Shown here one piece after another: positions 60,521-64,000 of a DNA stretch of 64,000 nucleotides; position 1 is the first letter of the stretch; each line of letters begins with the position of its first letter. Source of the stretch: Oculina patagonica (lineage: Eukaryota); NCBI RefSeq assembly GCF_052425735.1, contig NC_135759.1, positions 24,366,001 through 24,430,000 of the forward strand. The letters are read 5' to 3'. The notes beneath the pieces are model-generated. The model was not told where the DNA came from, did not search any database, and worked only from the letters and a program-made list of their open reading frames with translations. The position numbers and the translations under genes are program-made.

Positions 60521-61706
60521 ATTAATTTACTAGCTCCGTGAGCGGTCAAGATGAAACGAATCCCGTGCTCTGATTGGCTACCCGAGCGGTCAAGATGGAG
60601 CCATCTTGACCGCTCGGGATCGCTCGCTGTGTTCCCGCAAGCGAAAAAACTTTTCAGTTCCGTCGTCGCTACTTCAAAAAGCTTTTCAGTTGTAAATTTG
60701 AGTTATGAAAGTATTTTCCGAAACAACACAAGTATTTTCTGTCTGTTTCTAGCGAATTGGAGTCTGATAACAAAGAAATAGGTATTGAAGTGAAATAATG
60801 AGAACAAACAAATTAATCAACAAATGCAAACGAATTTCGTGAATTTTATTTGCCACAACAACCACCTAATACAAAAATTAAAACGCAAAGCGACTTGAAG
60901 ACATGTTATCGGTTTTTTTCGGCGGAAAAGGGAGAGAAGTCAGTGACATACCAGAAGAATAAAGACTTCGGCAAACTAGTCGTTTGTGTAAAATCTTCAA
61001 AATGGAAGAAAGTGGACGGAACGGCAAACCAGGCACTGAAAGTTTTTAAAACATCTTTTTACCAAACCCTCTAACGCTCACGTCGAATAAGGTCAGGTAG
61101 AACATTTATTTCAACGATGTAGAAAAGTTCAAGCTTTTCCCGTGAAGTGGTAATTCCCAAACGCTTTCAACAATCACAATTCCAATATTCACCGCGTGTC
61201 AGGGCAGGTTTGCACCACAAAAGCGCCAGAAGCGAGGAAATACTCTACAAAACGTCCAATAATCAAAAGCTGGCGGCCAGTTGGAATGGACATTCTTTGT
61301 TCTAAGGCTTCAAACTCAACGTTGATTCGCAATTTTAGCCATTTCAATACCCTTTTGACGGTTAAAAAGAGTTGAATTTCGCTGTTGTCGCGTCGTTTTA
61401 CTTCAACTCGATTCATTTAAGAATTTGACAGCCACTCGTTAAACTTTTAAAACAATGAAATGATTTTAGCGTGCGCCATTGATTGTGCATGCAACTGGCT
61501 TTTTTTTTCAGTACTCGAAAAAAGTCAAATAATAAATCCATTTATTGACCAAGCTTGTTCGGTCAAGATGGCAGGATATTGGCCTCGTTCTTTTTATTTT
61601 GCGTGTTTATGAACCTCGACTTCATCTCGGTCCATAAACACGCAAAAAAAAAGAACTTGGCCAATATCCTGCCATCTTAAACTCACGCTTGATCAATAAC
61701 CCATAT
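60521..61706. mobile_element. Crypton-like (tyrosine recombinase) non-autonomous or decayed element
   Basis: Internal hairpins at both ends (cccgagcggtcaagatgg/ccatcttgaccgctcggg; aagatggcaggatattggcc/ggccaatatcctgccatctt). Remnants PPNTKIKTQSDLKT, KKVDG and (with one frameshift) FNDVEKFKLSREV resemble the N-terminal part of Crypton/DUF3504 recombinases. Confidence 0.55.
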
Positions 61707-63924
61707 CTCTTCAAACAATATAGAATAGCATTTAAAGGATCAACTTTTAACTCTTTTCTAAAATGTTCAGAAATGTTTAATCTTTCTCTTAGTTTTTTTG
61801 TTAGAGTGTACAACCATCATATGCGACATTTGAACAATAACAATGCTAATAAACAGCCAAAATGAACGACCGAAGGGTTAAGAGGGCACTAGTAGTTTCA
61901 ACGGCCTTTTTCTTAAAATCTACACGTATAAACCCACCTCGAAGTTTAAGAAATGAGAAATTGGCTCTGATTTAACATTCATTCAAAATAAAATAAAAAT
62001 CTGTAAGACGGATTTTGAGCTATTTTTAAAATAGGCGAAACAATACGTTTTCCTACTTTGTCTTCAACGGAGTCGAAATTATGACTAATGTTGCCTGTTG
62101 CACGATCAATCTCAAGTAAAGGCCTCTATCAGCGAAAAATATATGATAATGAATCAGTTTTACAAATGCCATCCATGGTCAAGTAAACATTCAATGTTCT
62201 ATTAACAGCGGCCAATTAGACGTGCTCTGCAAATCGTCATTTTTTACAAGGGTATAATTGTTTGCTTTTTCCTTGCCTTTATTAAAGCAAGTCGGAAGGG
62301 ATTCAGCAAGTCCCAACAACAAGTTAAATTGGGCCAGCGTTATATTGTAAAATTTAATTTAAAAATATCCAAAGCCGCCTTGATTGTCGCCTGGAAACGG
62401 TGATTGGTGTTTTGACAGTGTGCATATTTCCCTTTCTACAGAGTAACCTCACTGCGGGTAATAACGCATAGTTATCGTTCTATTTAAATGTGGATTTCAC
62501 TTTAAGATGAAAATGGTGAGTTCATTTTATAACGTGATAAAATCATTAATTTCTTGTATAATATCTTTGGTCGTGGTCAAAACATTAGCAACTCAGAGAA
62601 ACGGCTTTTCAGGGGCTTTTTCTTATCTTTTTGCGACTCCGTTGTTCCATCGAAGATAAATCGATATGGAATTTTTGAGTTTACGTTTTGAAAACTGTGT
62701 TCTTTTACCTGTAATAACTACTGCACAAAACATGCAGCAGATACTGAAATATGCCTAGGAACACCTTACGAACAGCAACATCAGTGTTATTAAAACAGAC
62801 AAAATAAACAGATACACTTACCTTTGCATTCTTAAACCAAAGCGAAAGCGAATACTGAAACAAACCTCACGAACGGCAACATGCTACTAAAACAGGGAAG
62901 AAAAACAGGTATGCTTCGTCTAACATATGAAAACTGACTTCAACCGAATTCTTGTTTCGATGACAAGTTTAATGTATTCTCGTCGGTGTTTGTATAGATG
63001 GACTGTAAATGCAGATTATGCAAAACAGGGAAACTGAAATGTCATGGTGAACGCCGGGAGAAAAAAAAAAACAAGCGAGCTAGAGAGCTAATATTTCGAC
63101 TTCAAAAGTACCGTCAAAACGGTTAGCTTATTTGTAGATTGACGTGTTTCATAAGTCAAAGCACAAATTCTTAAATGCACAAATTCTAATGTACGGAGAG
63201 ATCTAGTCAATCTTGATTTTGGCTGTAAAATGTGTAATTTGCGCCTAACACCTGCAGCCTGGGCCTAATAATTACCGTCACGTTCTGTTAACCAAAACAT
63301 GGAAATTAACAAGCCTGTATAAAATTATGTGTCATCCCGCATGTTAGGTTGTGAATGGCAATCTGGAAATAAGTAAAAAAATAAAAGAAATAAGAAATTT
63401 CAGCAGTTTTAACTTTGTATTCTAATAAATAATTAATTAAGGCGACAAAGCAAAGGGACAAAGAACCGTTGTATTAAGTAGATACTTACGGACAATAAAA
63501 ATTCAAAATTTTGTGAAATGTTCAAGCGTACTATAAGGAACGCCGGTTTTTGAAAGTAGATACCCGCTTTACAGACACCCGCTTATTATGGACAGTTTTG
63601 TCTGTCAGGACTAAGAGCTCATACAATTATCTCTTTTACATTAACCTTTTACATTAACCTAACACCGGTTAATACGGACAACGGACAATTCTCTGTGAAC
63701 CAAATTGCACCAAGCGTAAAATTAAACCACGACATATACCTTTATGTTGTAGAAATGAACTTTTTATGTTGTATAAGTTTCTTGATCACTGCCAGCGTCA
63801 ATAAATTCTTATGCAACTGTTTCTGTTTTCAGGATTTATTTGTCCAATGTCAAAGGTTCACGCAAGGGTTTTTCATTGAACGTTGAAGAATGTAGCTAAT
63901 TGCGTGGCCGGAAAAATTCAGAAG

Positions 63925-64000
63925 ATGGACCCACTGCTCAAAACAGTGCTCTTGAGGTCTCTTGCCTTTCTATTATGGATCTTATTCAGCGCTTGGTTGT
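63925..64000 (+). CDS. Second K2P channel paralog, start of exon 1 (runs off the window)
   Basis: MDPLLKTVLLRSLAFLLWILFSAWL, one residue different from 57190 over this stretch. Confidence 0.88.
   Translation, partial: MDPLLKTVLLRSLAFLLWILFSAWL

Overview
Eukaryotic, AT-rich genomic DNA. The repeat families and receptor type point to an anthozoan, probably a stony coral (inference). The window is dominated by a birth-and-death tandem array of intronless class A (rhodopsin-like, adenosine/melanocortin-receptor-like orphan) GPCRs. About 23 loci are visible: 11 intact ORFs, 2 copies with one or a few frameshifts (possibly sequence errors), 4 clear pseudogenes and about 6 fragments. Most belong to one subfamily (N-terminus C-x7-Y-x5-FP); there is one divergent relative (53425-54348) and one unrelated receptor (11071-11976). 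The array shows segmental duplication, chimeric genes, a gene-conversion tract carrying a stop codon, and a ~1 kb inversion. The right end holds a two-coding-exon two-pore-domain K+ channel (K2P/KCNK, TASK-like) gene with a frameshift, plus the start of a tandem paralog. Interspersed elements include a TA-TSD DNA transposon with its empty site visible in a paralogous copy, several MITEs, two tRNA-derived SINEs, RTE and CR1/L2-type LINE ends, a solo LTR, a Crypton-like element and two Penelope-like fragments, each with a minimal hammerhead ribozyme motif. The first ~4.9 kb is a decayed, duplicated coding-like region of unknown origin. 43830-44100 looks like a sequencing or assembly artefact. 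No database searches were run; family calls rest on motifs read by eye.
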